NCBI GenBank assembly: GCA_963809485.1
Contig: CAWEJX010000012.1
Span: forward strand, 128,001 to 192,000
Direction of reading: 5' to 3'
From: an uncultured Acidobacteriota bacterium
GTDB lineage: Bacteria; Acidobacteriota; UBA6911
DNA: 64,000 bases
Positions 22,222-33,347 of the stretch are shown piece by piece. The notes under the pieces were generated by a model. That model was given only the letters and a program-made list of their open reading frames with translations, was not told where the DNA came from and did no database searches. The first letter of the stretch is position 1. Each line of letters begins with the position of its first letter. The position numbers and the translations under genes were made by a program.

Positions 22222-23799
22222 ATGAAAGCCAAAAAACAAAAACGGAATCTCACAAGGAGAGATTTTCTGACAACGGCAGCCGTCAGTGCAGGCGCAACCG
22301 CCCTGGTTGGGGTCGGTCCGGAAGAAGCCGGAGCCGTCCAACAAAGCGATGTCCGAAAATGGGACTACGAGGCGGGGATCGTTATCCTGGGCATGGGCGG
22401 AGCGGGCCTTACCTCAGCTATAACGGCTCACGATCAGGGAGCCGACGTGCTCATGCTCGAGAAGGCGTCGGAAGCTCACGCCGGAGGCAACACCAGGGTA
22501 TCCATGCAGGGGGTTTGGTGTCCCCCAAACCTGGAGGAAGCCCTTACCTATCACAGAGCGCTCAATGGCCGATATCCGGTTCCCGATGAAGTGTTTCATT
22601 CCTATCATGAATACACTACAAAGAGCTTCGAATGGCTGAAAAAAATCGCCGACGGCAAGGTCAACCAGCAACTCAGCACCGGCAAGGGAGAGTACCCCGA
22701 GTTCCCTGGAGCAATGAGCAGCTACATCTGTTCGTCCAAAGAAGGATATGGATACCAGAGGCTTTGGAAGGTGCTCAAGGGCAACGTCGACAAGAGAAAA
22801 ATAAAGATCCTGTATGAAACGCCCGGAGTTGATCTGGTCCAGGATTCCAGGACCCGGGAAATCCGCGGTGTAGTCGCGCAGAGGCAGGGCAAAAAGATCT
22901 ATGTCAAAGCCAAAAAGGCTGTGATCCTGTGCACCGGCGGGTTCGAAAACAATCAGGAGATGATCCGTGATTACCTTCTGCTGCCCTGCGGATATCCGCT
23001 TGGCAGCCCATACAACACCGGAGACGGGATAAGGATGAGCCAAGCCGTAGGCGCCGATCTGTGGCACATGGCTAACATGTGTGGGGTTTCACTCAGCTTT
23101 AGAGCCCCGGGTAACGGCTGGGCCTTTGGCGCCGGATTTTCCATGCCCTCCGGCGGATATATCTTTGTTGCCAGTGACGCGACGAGGTTTGTGAACGAAA
23201 ACCAACCCTCCAGGCACGGCAAGGTGGCCTACCACGGCACCTATGTTCATCTTCCCCTGCCTTTGCCCATACACGCAGTCTTTGATGAAAATGGGAGAAA
23301 GGGCGGCCCGCTTTATCAGACTGAGGAATACTGGTGTTGGTATGCCGTGATTGAAAAGTATAAGTGGAGCGCGGACAGCAGCGCTGAATTGGAAAAGGGC
23401 TGGATCCTTAAGGGCGATACCATAAGGGAGTTGGCCGCAAAAATGGGCAAGGACCCGGATACTTTGGAAAAGACTGTAGCCAAATGGAATCAGTCTTGCG
23501 CGGCAGGGAGCGATTCAGAATTCGGCCGGCCGGCTAAAAGAATGGCTCCCATCAAAAATCCGCCCTACTATGCCATGGAACTGGTGCCCGCCTTCACCAA
23601 TACATTGGGAGGCCCCCGGCACAATCAGCATGCTCAGGTGTTGGACACAAACCGGAAGCCAATCCCGAGACTGTACTCTGCCGGAGAACTGGGTTCCATA
23701 TTCAGTTATCACTACCAGGGAGCCGGAAACTTTGGGGAGTGTGTGGCTTTCGGACGAATCGCCGGTGAACGCGCTTCTGCTGAGAAGCCATGGTCTTAG
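22222..23799 (+). CDS. Tat-exported FAD-binding oxidoreductase paralog
   Basis: AGGAGG RBS; TRRDFL; highly similar to 2953..4533. Confidence 0.92.
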   Translation: MKAKKQKRNLTRRDFLTTAAVSAGATALVGVGPEEAGAVQQSDVRKWDYEAGIVILGMGGAGLTSAITAHDQGADVLMLEKASEAHAGGNTRVSMQGVWCPPNLEEALTYHRALNGRYPVPDEVFHSYHEYTTKSFEWLKKIADGKVNQQLSTGKGEYPEFPGAMSSYICSSKEGYGYQRLWKVLKGNVDKRKIKILYETPGVDLVQDSRTREIRGVVAQRQGKKIYVKAKKAVILCTGGFENNQEMIRDYLLLPCGYPLGSPYNTGDGIRMSQAVGADLWHMANMCGVSLSFRAPGNGWAFGAGFSMPSGGYIFVASDATRFVNENQPSRHGKVAYHGTYVHLPLPLPIHAVFDENGRKGGPLYQTEEYWCWYAVIEKYKWSADSSAELEKGWILKGDTIRELAAKMGKDPDTLEKTVAKWNQSCAAGSDSEFGRPAKRMAPIKNPPYYAMELVPAFTNTLGGPRHNQHAQVLDTNRKPIPRLYSAGELGSIFSYHYQGAGNFGECVAFGRIAGERASAEKPWS

Positions 23800-23888
23800 C
23801 CTTGCCGCGCTCTGTGGCGCTTAAGTGCTATTTACCGGCAGAATGACCCTGCGGTATTGGAAGCGAAGAATCTTTTTGGGAGAACGAA

Positions 23889-26295
23889 ATGGCAGAAAAC
23901 TATCAGCCATGGACTTGGCAAATACCCGAATCCGACGAGAGTATTCAAAAGCAACATGATCCCCCGCCAGGATGCCTATGAGAGGGTGAGCGGCCATGCC
24001 GTTTACACAAGAGACGTTTATCTTCCCGGAATGCTTTACGCGAAGATCCTCACGTCGCCTTACGCTCATGCAAAAATTGTAAGCATGGATACAAGCAGAG
24101 CCGAGGCGCTCATCGGGGTACGGGATATACTCAAATACGAAGACCCGGACGTTGCGAATGAAAATAATACCGGGACCAGTCCAAGCAATGTTCTTGCTCT
24201 TCCCGGCATCAGTGACTTTTACAACCATCCCATGGGAGTTGCGGTGGTCGCTGACACTGAGGAACTGTGCGACCGGGCGCTGCGGCTGATCAAGATGGAA
24301 TGGGAGGAGCGGCCGTTCATCCTGGATATGGAGGAATCACTGAAACCGGATGCTCCAAAGATTTGGAGCGAGGTAGTGCGCGTACGGGAAACGGCAAAGG
24401 GACCTAACGGCCTCGGAACTCGTGAGGAGGAAATCGGTGACGTGCAGAAGGGTTTCGCCGAGGCAGACAAAATCGTGGAGTACACCATTAAAAGGGCGGC
24501 GAATTCGCCGGCGGGTGTCGAGGCCATGGCTTGTGTGGCCCAATGGAGGGGAGAATTCCTGGATATTTGGGTGCATCACCAGAATAACCCGCAATCGAGT
24601 CTCAGTTCTTCCCCCGGCGGGAGGTCTGGCGCTGTTAGAGGAAGGAAGCCGAATCCTGGCTTTACGCACTGGTCCAAGATAACAGTCACATTACCCTACC
24701 AGGGCTCCTGGTTCGGGGGGCTGTCCTGGATCGGTTATTCCGATTTGTTTGTCCGCCTCGCCGTCATACTGGCGAAGAGGGCGGCCGGGAAACCGGTGAA
24801 GCTGCTGTATGACGAAAGTCAGTTCTATCTCAACGGCGAAGAAACCGGCAGCTATAGATGCAAAGTGGGCGCCAAAAAGGATGGCACCATCACGGCCTGC
24901 CATTGGCACATGATCGGGACGAGGAATCCCGGCGTTGATAAGACTCCTGAGTGCACGGGTATACCCAATATCCGAGGCACCATGGAGGCGGCGTGCACCA
25001 ATATGGGCCACATCAGTTGTTTCCGGGATGGTACTTCAGCAAGCATCGGCCACCAGGTTATGTTTGATCGGGTGGCTGCTGAGTTCGGCCTCGATCCGAC
25101 CGAGGTGGCGCTGAAGAACGATGGTTGCCACGGACACTACTGGGATTGGGTCACGCAATACCAGAAAGACAATGGTTTCCCCCAAAGGTGGAGCCTTAAA
25201 GAGGTCCTTGAAAAGGGCAAGAAGGCCATTGACTGGGACCGGAAATGGCACGCGCCCGGAACCAAAAGGCTTGCCAATGGGAAGATGCACGGTATGGGAT
25301 TCATGTCCATTAATGAATGGGCATGCAATGCAGGCAGCAGGCTGGCGTGTTTGATGCTTCGCGACGGCAAAGTCGCCATCGTAGGGATGCGATGCGATCC
25401 GGGAATTGACTCGATATCCGGTTTCCGCCAGTGCGTGGCCGCGGCGATGGGACTGAAATATGAAGATACGGTTGTTCACCAACATCGATCCGACAACAGC
25501 ATGTACCGCTTTTCCAATCCAGGCGGTTCCCAGGGCACGATCACGACCGTTCCTCAATTGATAATTGCCGCCAGGGAGCTAAAACAAAGGATCCTGCAAG
25601 CTGCCATAACGCCTCGGCCCGGCTTCATGATGCGTCCTGCGCAGCCCGCTATGTTCCCGGGCAAAAAGACCGAGGACCTCGATATCAAAGACAGCATGGT
25701 ATTCGAGAAAGCAAATCCAAGTAACAAGAAGCCGGTGATCGAGGTGATGGGCCCCTCATCCGACAGCGACAATTCGGGCATCGTTCATCCCGTTGCCGGC
25801 ACGGTATCGGGATTGACTTCAGACGGGAAGCCGGATCCGACGAACTACATCATGAGCCGGCAAGCCCACTTCATAGAGGTAGAAGTGGATACCGAAACCG
25901 GGCAGGTTGAGATCACCAATGCGGTCTGCGTCAACGACATTGGCCATTGCTTTAATCCTGCAGGCGCCATGGGACAACAGTATGGCGGCGCCGTCATGGC
26001 CTTTGGCCGAAGCGCAACCGAAGAGAAGGTGTTCTGCCCGAACTCCGGAGTGGGGCTTAACTATGATCATATGAACTACCACATTGGAACCATGAATGAC
26101 TTTGCGCCCGTCCAATGCATCCTAAACGAGAGTCATCTGGGATATTCTGCGTACGGCGCGTACGGGATTGGGGAAAACATCGGCGCCAGCCTTTCCGGAA
26201 TCACTTCTTCCGCCATATACAACGCAATAGGCAAATGGGTCCTTGACTTTCCAACGACTCCGGAAAAAGTGCTCAAAGCCCTGGGCAAAATATAA
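23889..26295 (+). CDS. Xanthine dehydrogenase family large subunit, clade 2; frameshift near 23945
   Basis: ATG 23889 gives MAENYQPWTWQIPESDESI, matching paralog MADNQPWTWEIPESDESI, then shifts into the long frame; WFGG, PGGSQG, EVEVDTETG, GIGE. Confidence 0.88.
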
Positions 26296-26363
26296 TAGAA
26301 GAAGCTCTGGGAAAACCTGGAAGAAACTTGTGACCGCGGGGCGAGGTTTCGCGACAGAAACTA

Positions 26364-26601
26364 GTCAGGCACCTCCGGCAAAGCCGGAGGTTTGAAAGAT
26401 TGGGACCGATCAAAGCGGTTGGAGGAATTACGCTGGTCTTGAACGCTGACTTACGCGGGCAAAAGCCGATGAGGCGCTCGCCGACCCTCGCCGAACAAAT
26501 CGACGTTTGTCAGCGCTTTTGTCAGCGTATCTCAGCGTTTCAAAATACGGAGCTGTCAAACTCTATGAGTCCCCCGGCAGAGCCGTGAGTTTTACAATAG
26601 A
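26364..26601 (-). mobile_element. Non-autonomous IS200/IS605-like element copy C
   Basis: Both ends present; the flanking TAAT contains the TAA stop of the adjacent selenoprotein gene. Confidence 0.8.
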
Positions 26602-26602
26602 A

Positions 26603-28264
26603 TTATCTCCCGGCCTTGGTCAGGGTCGCGCCCGTTATCTTTTTCGTAACATGGGCACCTTCTCCGTAATCCCATATCATGGAATACCCCGGCACACCGC
26701 CGGTCACGGCGATGGAAATATTCTTCTCCGGTACTCCGGTTTTTTGGGCAAACCAAGCCTGCAAATCCTTTCTGTTGGTAAAGGATGTTTTCAGCCCTTG
26801 GGCGGCTTCCGGATGAAACCAAAGCCAATAACTGTTGTAAATAGCACCACTGGTATGAGTCATTTCTTTAACCATACCATCCAAAATTGACTGCTCTGTC
26901 CAGGTATCAACTGCTCCACCCCCAACCTTTTGGCCCGAAGCTCCAATGTAGGAGCCGACCTTGGTCACCGTCACAGCGCTGTCTCCCTTCGCAAAACCCT
27001 GGCTCATACTATACGGCTCCCACGGGTTCATCTCCTCATTTTCGGCAAAGGTGTAAAAGGTATGCGCCGACGGCCGGCCGGTCAGGGCCATGTCGTTCAC
27101 TACCGGCCAAGTGTGGCCGATATTGCGTGTTGCCAATCGAACGGATCGCCCAATCGTACTATTGGCTCGCCAGCAATCGCCCAAAAAACCAATCCCGGAA
27201 TTCATGTTGATTTCCTTAGCTATGGGACCGTTCACCATAATGATGAGAGTAAAACCACCCGAAGAACCCATCATGTGCCAGAATCCCATGCTCCACTGTC
27301 CTCCCGCCGAAATAGCCTCCATGGCCGCGATGATCACTGGAAGGTACTCCGGCTTCGCCCCTGCCATCACCGCATTGATAGCAATCTTTTCAATAGTGGC
27401 GATGCCAAATTTCATGGGAATTTTTCCTATTACTTCGCTGGGAGAACGGCTCGTTCCTTTGAGCATCTTGGCAACAGCCTCTCTGGTAGGGGGTACCAGA
27501 GGCAGTCCATCGCTCATCTGGTTATCGAGAAACGACTGGTTGAATTTTTCCTCAGCGTCCGCATAATTGGCGCCAGTAATGCGGATAGGGGGGTAGTCGA
27601 CTGCGGTTTTTTGCTGAGGCTTGGCCTCCTCTTGTGTTAGGGGGGTCGTCAGAGCCTTAACAATGGGATCCAAAGCGGCTTCAGCAAGCGGTCTTACCTC
27701 TTTTACAGTTCCCCGATTCCGGTACCATTTATCGGAAGGTATTGTTACTATCCGGATGTTGGGCATCGACCAATCAGCAGCAGCTGATTTGGCATCTGCA
27801 AGGAATTGCGAGCTGACCAGAAATACTCCAGGCGCTCCATACTTTTCCATCTGCATAGTGCGGCGGGAACCCCACCACGTGCAGGTCCCTCAGTCTCCTA
27901 TGGCAAAAATAAAAGCATCACACTCCTTTGCTATCTTTTGAAACTCTTCTTCCCTTGGATCTGCTGTTGATCCCGCCTTATATTGCGTTAAAATAGTTGC
28001 GGTTGGGTATTTCTGCTTCAGCAGTTCTTCCAGTGCGGTAATTAGATTTCTCACACCAGATTTGCCGTTATTCAGCAAAGCAACCTTCTTACCGGCCAGA
28101 TCAGGAATACGAGGCGTCAGTCCTATGGTTTTCGCCGGCTCAATCACGCCCATGGGGTTGAGCAACTCCAAAGAGACCTTTTCGCTCGCCGGTCTGGCCG
28201 AACGCCCGCCCAGAAATAAACCGGCGGCAAGCAGCAAAGAAACCGACAGCAGTTTATTTTTCAT
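26603..28264 (-). CDS. Secreted UGSC-like selenoprotein 2 (553 aa), Sec at TGA 27890-27892
   Basis: In-frame join of 27890..28333 and 26603..27856 gives AIGD-U-GTC-TWWGSRRTMQMEKYGAPGV; GGAG RBS before MKNKLL signal peptide. Confidence 0.9.
27851..27884 (-). promoter_or_regulatory. Candidate SECIS hairpin
   Basis: CTGCA-c-GTGGTGGG-GTT-CCCGCCGC-acta-TGCAG; loop 18-19 nt after the UGA. Confidence 0.75.
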
Positions 28265-28434
28265 TCTCTGATCTCCCAATTTTGTTAAGGTTGGATTCCA
28301 ATTCTCCAAATTATTTATTCGGGATAGGTGCACACTTAGGCTAGCGCAGGCAGGACATCAGCCGGCTTTGGATGCTTCACCGCAGCTCCAGCCAACTCGC
28401 AGCGCCGTGGCCTTATAGTCGCCCTTAATCGTCG

Positions 28435-28492
28435 GCCTGACAGATCGCGCCTCGCCGTTCCATTCCGGGACAAAGAGCGGCGAGGCCGCGAT
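28435..28492. repeat. Stem-loop repeat, copy 1
   Basis: GCCTGACA-ATCGCGCCTCGCCG..CGGCGAGGCCG, shared with 37206..37266. Confidence 0.6.
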
Positions 28493-28527
28493 TGAGTGTC
28501 CCGCTATCGGCACATCTATGCTCGAAA

Positions 28528-30183
28528 TTATCGCCCGGCTTTAGTCATGGTTGCGCCCGTGATCTTTTTTGTGACATGGGCAACCGTCTCGTAGCTCCAC
28601 AACAGGGAATAACCCGGCACACCGCCGGCCACGGTAATGGAAAAATTCTTTTCCGGTATGCCGGTCTTTTGAGCAAACCAACCCTGTACATCCTTGCTGG
28701 TTTTATAGCCCATTTTTGCTAAACCTTGAGCACATTCCGGATGAAACCATACCAGATAGCTTCCTCTGCCTTTGCCGATCGATTTAACCATACCGTCCAA
28801 AATCCCCTGCTCCGTCCAGATAGCGACCGCTCCACCTCCAAACATATTGGCTCCGGATCCACCATAGGAGCCGACCTTGGTCACCGTCACTGTACTGTCC
28901 CCCTTGGCAAAACCCTGGCTTACCTGATAGGGGTCCCAGGGGCTCATCTCTTCATTTTCGGCAAAGGTGTAAAAGGTATGCGGCGACGTCCGCCCGGTCA
29001 GGGCCATGTCGTTCTCCGCCGGCCACGTGTGGCCGATATTGCGCGTCGCCAATCGAACGGACCGTCCAATGGTATTGTTGGCACGCCAGCAATCGCCCAG
29101 GTAACCAATCCCGGAATTCATGTTGATTTCCTTGGCTATAGGACCGTTCACCTGAATGGCAAGAGTAAAGGCACCCGCCGATCCCATCATGTGCCAGAAT
29201 CCCATCCCGGTATACCCTGGCGCCACAAATGCCTCCATCGCCGCGATTACCACCGGAAGGTACTCCGGCTTTGCTCCGGCCATCACCGCGTTGATCGCAA
29301 TCTTTTCAATAGTGGCCGTGCCGGATTTCATGGGGATTTTGCCTATCACTTCGCCCGGAGAACGACTCGTCCCTTTGAGCATCCGGGCAACGGCTTCCCT
29401 GGTCGGGGGCACCAGAGGCAATCCATCGCCCATCTTGTTTTCCAGAAACGACGCGTTGAACTTTTCCACCGCGTCCTCATAACTATCGCCCGTAATGCGA
29501 ACGGGCGGGTATTCGACTGCGGATCTTGTCTGAGGCTTGGCCTCCTCAGCCGTAAGAGGCTTCGTCAGTGCGTCCACAATGGGATTAAAAGCGTCTTCAA
29601 CGAGGGGTCTTAACTCTTGTACCGTTCCCCGAAGCCTGTACCACTTTTCGGAAGGAAATGTTACCATCCGCATGTTGGGCATCAACCAATCAACAGCGGC
29701 TGATTTTGCGTCCTTCAGGAAATTCGAGCTGACCAGAAGTACTCCAGGCGCTCCATACTTTTCCATCTGCATTGTGCGGCGGGCACCCCACCACGTGCAG
29801 GTCCCTCAGTCTCCCATCGCATATACAAAGGCATCGCATCCCTTCGCGATCGACTGAAAATGTTCTTCCTGTGCCTGTGCCTGTATTCCCGGGTTAAATC
29901 CTCGCTGAATAGTTACGCCCGGATACTTCTGCTTCAGCATTTCTTCCAGTATGTCGAATAGCTGGGGCACACCCGGTTTGATGTTATGCACCAGAGCAAT
30001 CTTCTTACCAGAATAATCCGAAAGACGAGGCCTCAGTGCTAAATATGGCTCAGGCTCAATCATGCCCATGGGATTGAGCAGCTCCAAAGTAACCTTTTCG
30101 TTCGCCGGTTTGGCCGTCGAAAATCCGCAAAAAACCAAAGCGGCAGCTAGCAATAAAGAAATCGCTACCAGTTTATTTTTCAT
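28528..30183 (-). CDS. Secreted UGSC-like selenoprotein 3 (551 aa), Sec at TGA 29806-29808
   Basis: In-frame join gives AMGD-U-GTC-TWWGARRTMQMEK; tandem paralog of 26603..28264. Confidence 0.9.
29767..29800 (-). promoter_or_regulatory. Candidate SECIS hairpin
   Basis: CTGCA-c-GTGGTGGG-GTG-CCCGCCGC-acaa-TGCAG; differs from copy 2 only at unpaired positions. Confidence 0.75.
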
Positions 30184-30248
30184 TCTTTGATCTCCCAATT
30201 CGTTTTGATGTTGATTCCGCTTTCGAACAAATGCTGACTCCGATTAAT

Positions 30249-30533
30249 TACATTGGTAAATCCCCGGCTCTGCCGGGGGACTCAAAGAGTTTGACAGCTC
30301 CGTATTTTGAAACGCTGAGAAACGCTGATAAAAGCGCTGACAAACGCCGATTTGTTCGGCGAGGGTCGGCGAGCAAAAGCCGATGAGGCGCTCCGCGCTG
30401 GCCCCAGCGGGGATCGGAAGCGCCTCATCGGCTTTTGTCCGCGTAAGTCAGCGTTCAAGACCGGCATAACTCCTCCAACCGTTTTGAGCGGTTCCAATCT
30501 TTCAAGCCTCCGTCTATGCCGGAGGTACCTGAC
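30249..30533 (+). mobile_element. Non-autonomous IS200/IS605-like element copy D, the longest
   Basis: Follows TAAT; left hairpin CCCCGGCTCTGCCGGGG; internal palindrome AAAAGCCGATGAGGCGCT..AGCGCCTCATCGGCTTTT; right end AACCGTTTTGAGCGGTT..CCTCCG..CGGAGG..TGAC; no transposase ORF. Confidence 0.82.
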
Positions 30534-30544
30534 TCGCTCCTTCC

Positions 30545-30645
30545 ATTAAGGACGCTTTTTCTCTTGCTCCATCCTCAAGCTATGGGTTAAGGCTCCTATC
30601 TTGAGAATGCCCTTTTCTTCTTTCGAATTTCTTTACGGTCTTCAT
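30545..30645 (-). pseudogene. Internally deleted remnant of a FAD medium subunit
   Basis: MKTVKKF joined directly to KEEKGILKIGALT..LED; compare 13140..14105. Confidence 0.8.
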
Positions 30646-30658
30646 TTTGTCCAAGCTG

Positions 30659-33007
30659 CTATGCTTTGCCCAGCGCTTCAAGGATTTTGTCAGGGGTGAC
30701 CGGTTCCGAGTCTACGTATTTGCCTATTGCGTTGTATACGGCGGACGGTATGATACAGTGGTTCACAGCACCGCCGCTTTCACCGATGCCGCAAGTCCCA
30801 TAAGGAGCATAGCCCAGGCCGGTCTCCACAAAACGGCAGTCAATGGACGCCACGTCATTCATCACATTCACCGGGTACCCTATCAGGTTCTCGTTAAGCG
30901 CCACCCCTGTTTGTGGATCGTGATACACCGTTTCTTTGCTGGACCTCCCGAGACCCATATAAGCCCCGCCGTACTGCTGGCCGTTAAAGGCATCGGGATT
31001 TATTACCTTGCCTCCGTCGTTCACGCTAACCTGTTTTTTTATTTCAATACCCCCTGTATCAGGATCCACTTCTATTTCCACGAAGTGGGCTTGCCGGACC
31101 ATGCAGTACTCCTCCTCTACACCTCCACGCCCGGTGTGCGCGGGCGGAACGTCCCATACGAACAGATCACGGCTCCACAATGCCGCGACCTGTGCCAGTG
31201 TTTTTTTATTCGCTGGCTTTGCCTTTTCAAAAACGATGCTATCTTTGAGGTCCAATTCTTCAGGCCTTTGATTCGGGAAAAGTGCTGATCTTTGGGGCGG
31301 CAGGCCCAAAGACCGGCTCCGGGGCGGCGGCTGAACCGCTTTTTCAAGAATCAGCTGCTTCATTTTCCGGGCGGCTCTTATCATGGATGGAGTCGTTCCA
31401 TTCATACCCGCGGATCCGCCGCCGGGCGCCGACGCAAAACCGCCCCGGTCATCGTAGGCTCTTATGCGAACATCTTTATAAACGACTCCCAATTCATCGG
31501 CCGCAACCTGACAGTAAGTGGTCTGTGGACACCAGCCTCCATCCTGTTGCGCAGCCAGGATATTAACGGTTCCATCGGAGTTTATCCTTATGGCTGCGCT
31601 GGAATTGCCCATCGTATGAGCCCAACCGATCGTGGAGACATAGCCAATGCCATGATAATTCCCGTTGGGCAGAATTTTGGTTCCTGGCAAGTGCCACTTA
31701 TTATCCCAATCGATTGCAGCCTTCCCCAACTCGTGGACCTCCTTCAAGCTGTCCCTGTCCGAATCAAATCCCTGCGGTTTCTTCACGTGTTCGCTGATGT
31801 ATGCCATGTCCTGCCCGTCGCAGCCGTCATTGATCTCGGCAACCTTGGTTGGATCCATTCCCAGTTCACCGGCGACGTGCTCCCAAACCTGGGCGACAAC
31901 CCGGACCGTGGAACTACCATGCTTGAAGCAGTAACTGGGCGGCCTTGTAAAGGCTGCAAAGTCGCCCGAAATGTATAGGTTGGGAATCCTGGTGCCTTCG
32001 CGTATTTTAAGAGAACGGGCTTCTGTAACCCAGGTTTCGTAGGCTTGTAGTTTTACGGCGGTGATGGTTCCATCCCATTTGAATCCTACTTTAAAATAGT
32101 ACCGTGACCGGGCGTCCTCGCAACAACCATCGGCGAAATGGCTTTCATCATCCAGAAACTTCACCGGACAGTCTGTCTGTTTGGCGGCTATCACAGCGAC
32201 CTGACTCGCATACCTATCCACGCCTAAATAGGTGGTACCTCCAAACTGAGCCCCGTTATAGGGCAGATACAGATGGATCTTGTGCACGGGCGCATAGGCG
32301 CGCAGAGCATTCATCATGCCGGATGCATTCTGGCCGTGTTGCCAAACCTCCAGGTACTCTCCTTTCCATTCGGCCACACCGCACATTGCCTCTACGCCGG
32401 CCCACACGTCCTGCTCTGTCGTCGCTTTCCACTCGATTATTTTGTCGGCTTGAGCAAAACCCGCCTCAACGTCCCCATGCTTGAGGACGGTCTCAAAACG
32501 GGTCCTGCGGTTTGTTTTAGAGTTCTGGTCCGGGCGCATTATTGGGGCCTCGGGCTTCAGCGCATCCTCCACGTCCATAATGACGGGGAGTTCTTCCATA
32601 TCGATTTCTATTAATTTTAGCGCCTCGTCGACCGCCGCCTCACTTTCGCCAACGACCACAGCGCCCACGACTCCGGGATGCCAGTGATTTGTGCCGGAAA
32701 CGAGCGGCTGGCCCTGAAATTCGGGCCAGACTATATTCGGATCATCATATCGAAGCACTGCTCTTATTCGGGGAAGAGCCTCAGCTTTGCTGGTATCCAG
32801 GCGTTTGATCTTGGCGTGTGCGTATCGGGAACGGAGATACTTCGCGTACAGCATCCCGGGACGGTATATATCCCTGCAGTAAATTGCCTTCCCGCTCGCT
32901 TTTTCGTAACCGTCAAGACGGCGGACACGGCGTTTCCCAATCCCGCCGTTTCCCGGCATTGGCCACATCCATGGATAGTATCCCTCTCCTTCTTTCAGGC
33001 CATACAT
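30659..33007 (-). CDS. Xanthine dehydrogenase family large subunit, clade 1
   Basis: Colinear with 14120..16468; QFGG, GGGSAG, GIGE. Confidence 0.93.
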   Translation of the reverse strand: MYGLKEGEGYYPWMWPMPGNGGIGKRRVRRLDGYEKASGKAIYCRDIYRPGMLYAKYLRSRYAHAKIKRLDTSKAEALPRIRAVLRYDDPNIVWPEFQGQPLVSGTNHWHPGVVGAVVVGESEAAVDEALKLIEIDMEELPVIMDVEDALKPEAPIMRPDQNSKTNRRTRFETVLKHGDVEAGFAQADKIIEWKATTEQDVWAGVEAMCGVAEWKGEYLEVWQHGQNASGMMNALRAYAPVHKIHLYLPYNGAQFGGTTYLGVDRYASQVAVIAAKQTDCPVKFLDDESHFADGCCEDARSRYYFKVGFKWDGTITAVKLQAYETWVTEARSLKIREGTRIPNLYISGDFAAFTRPPSYCFKHGSSTVRVVAQVWEHVAGELGMDPTKVAEINDGCDGQDMAYISEHVKKPQGFDSDRDSLKEVHELGKAAIDWDNKWHLPGTKILPNGNYHGIGYVSTIGWAHTMGNSSAAIRINSDGTVNILAAQQDGGWCPQTTYCQVAADELGVVYKDVRIRAYDDRGGFASAPGGGSAGMNGTTPSMIRAARKMKQLILEKAVQPPPRSRSLGLPPQRSALFPNQRPEELDLKDSIVFEKAKPANKKTLAQVAALWSRDLFVWDVPPAHTGRGGVEEEYCMVRQAHFVEIEVDPDTGGIEIKKQVSVNDGGKVINPDAFNGQQYGGAYMGLGRSSKETVYHDPQTGVALNENLIGYPVNVMNDVASIDCRFVETGLGYAPYGTCGIGESGGAVNHCIIPSAVYNAIGKYVDSEPVTPDKILEALGKA

Positions 33008-33347
33008 CCTTGCTTATCCTCCGCGGCAAATCGGTTTCGTCCTCGTGAAGCGCAAGGACGTAAAAGCGCAGTTTCCATTGGATATTTCGATACGTATTCC
33101 GATCGAGTGTTCCAACGCTGCGCCGATTCTCCAATCGCGAAAGTTCAGGAAGCCTCCCCGGTGTATTTCCAGCCTGGGCAAAGGTGCAAGTACCCAATGA
33201 GGAGCCTTGGCATGACCGCAGCGATCCTGCCGATGCCGTTCATGAAGAACATCCGGAATTCTCACAATCTGCGCAAAGATCCCGTCGTTCATAATTGCAC
33301 GTTTGAAAGCGTGAAGTGGCTTTCTATTACCTGTTCAGCCGTGACAT

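Noticed and set aside
33010-33300. Possible decayed small-subunit gene upstream of the orphan large subunit
   Set aside because: Only trivial matches and no Fe-S Cys motifs.
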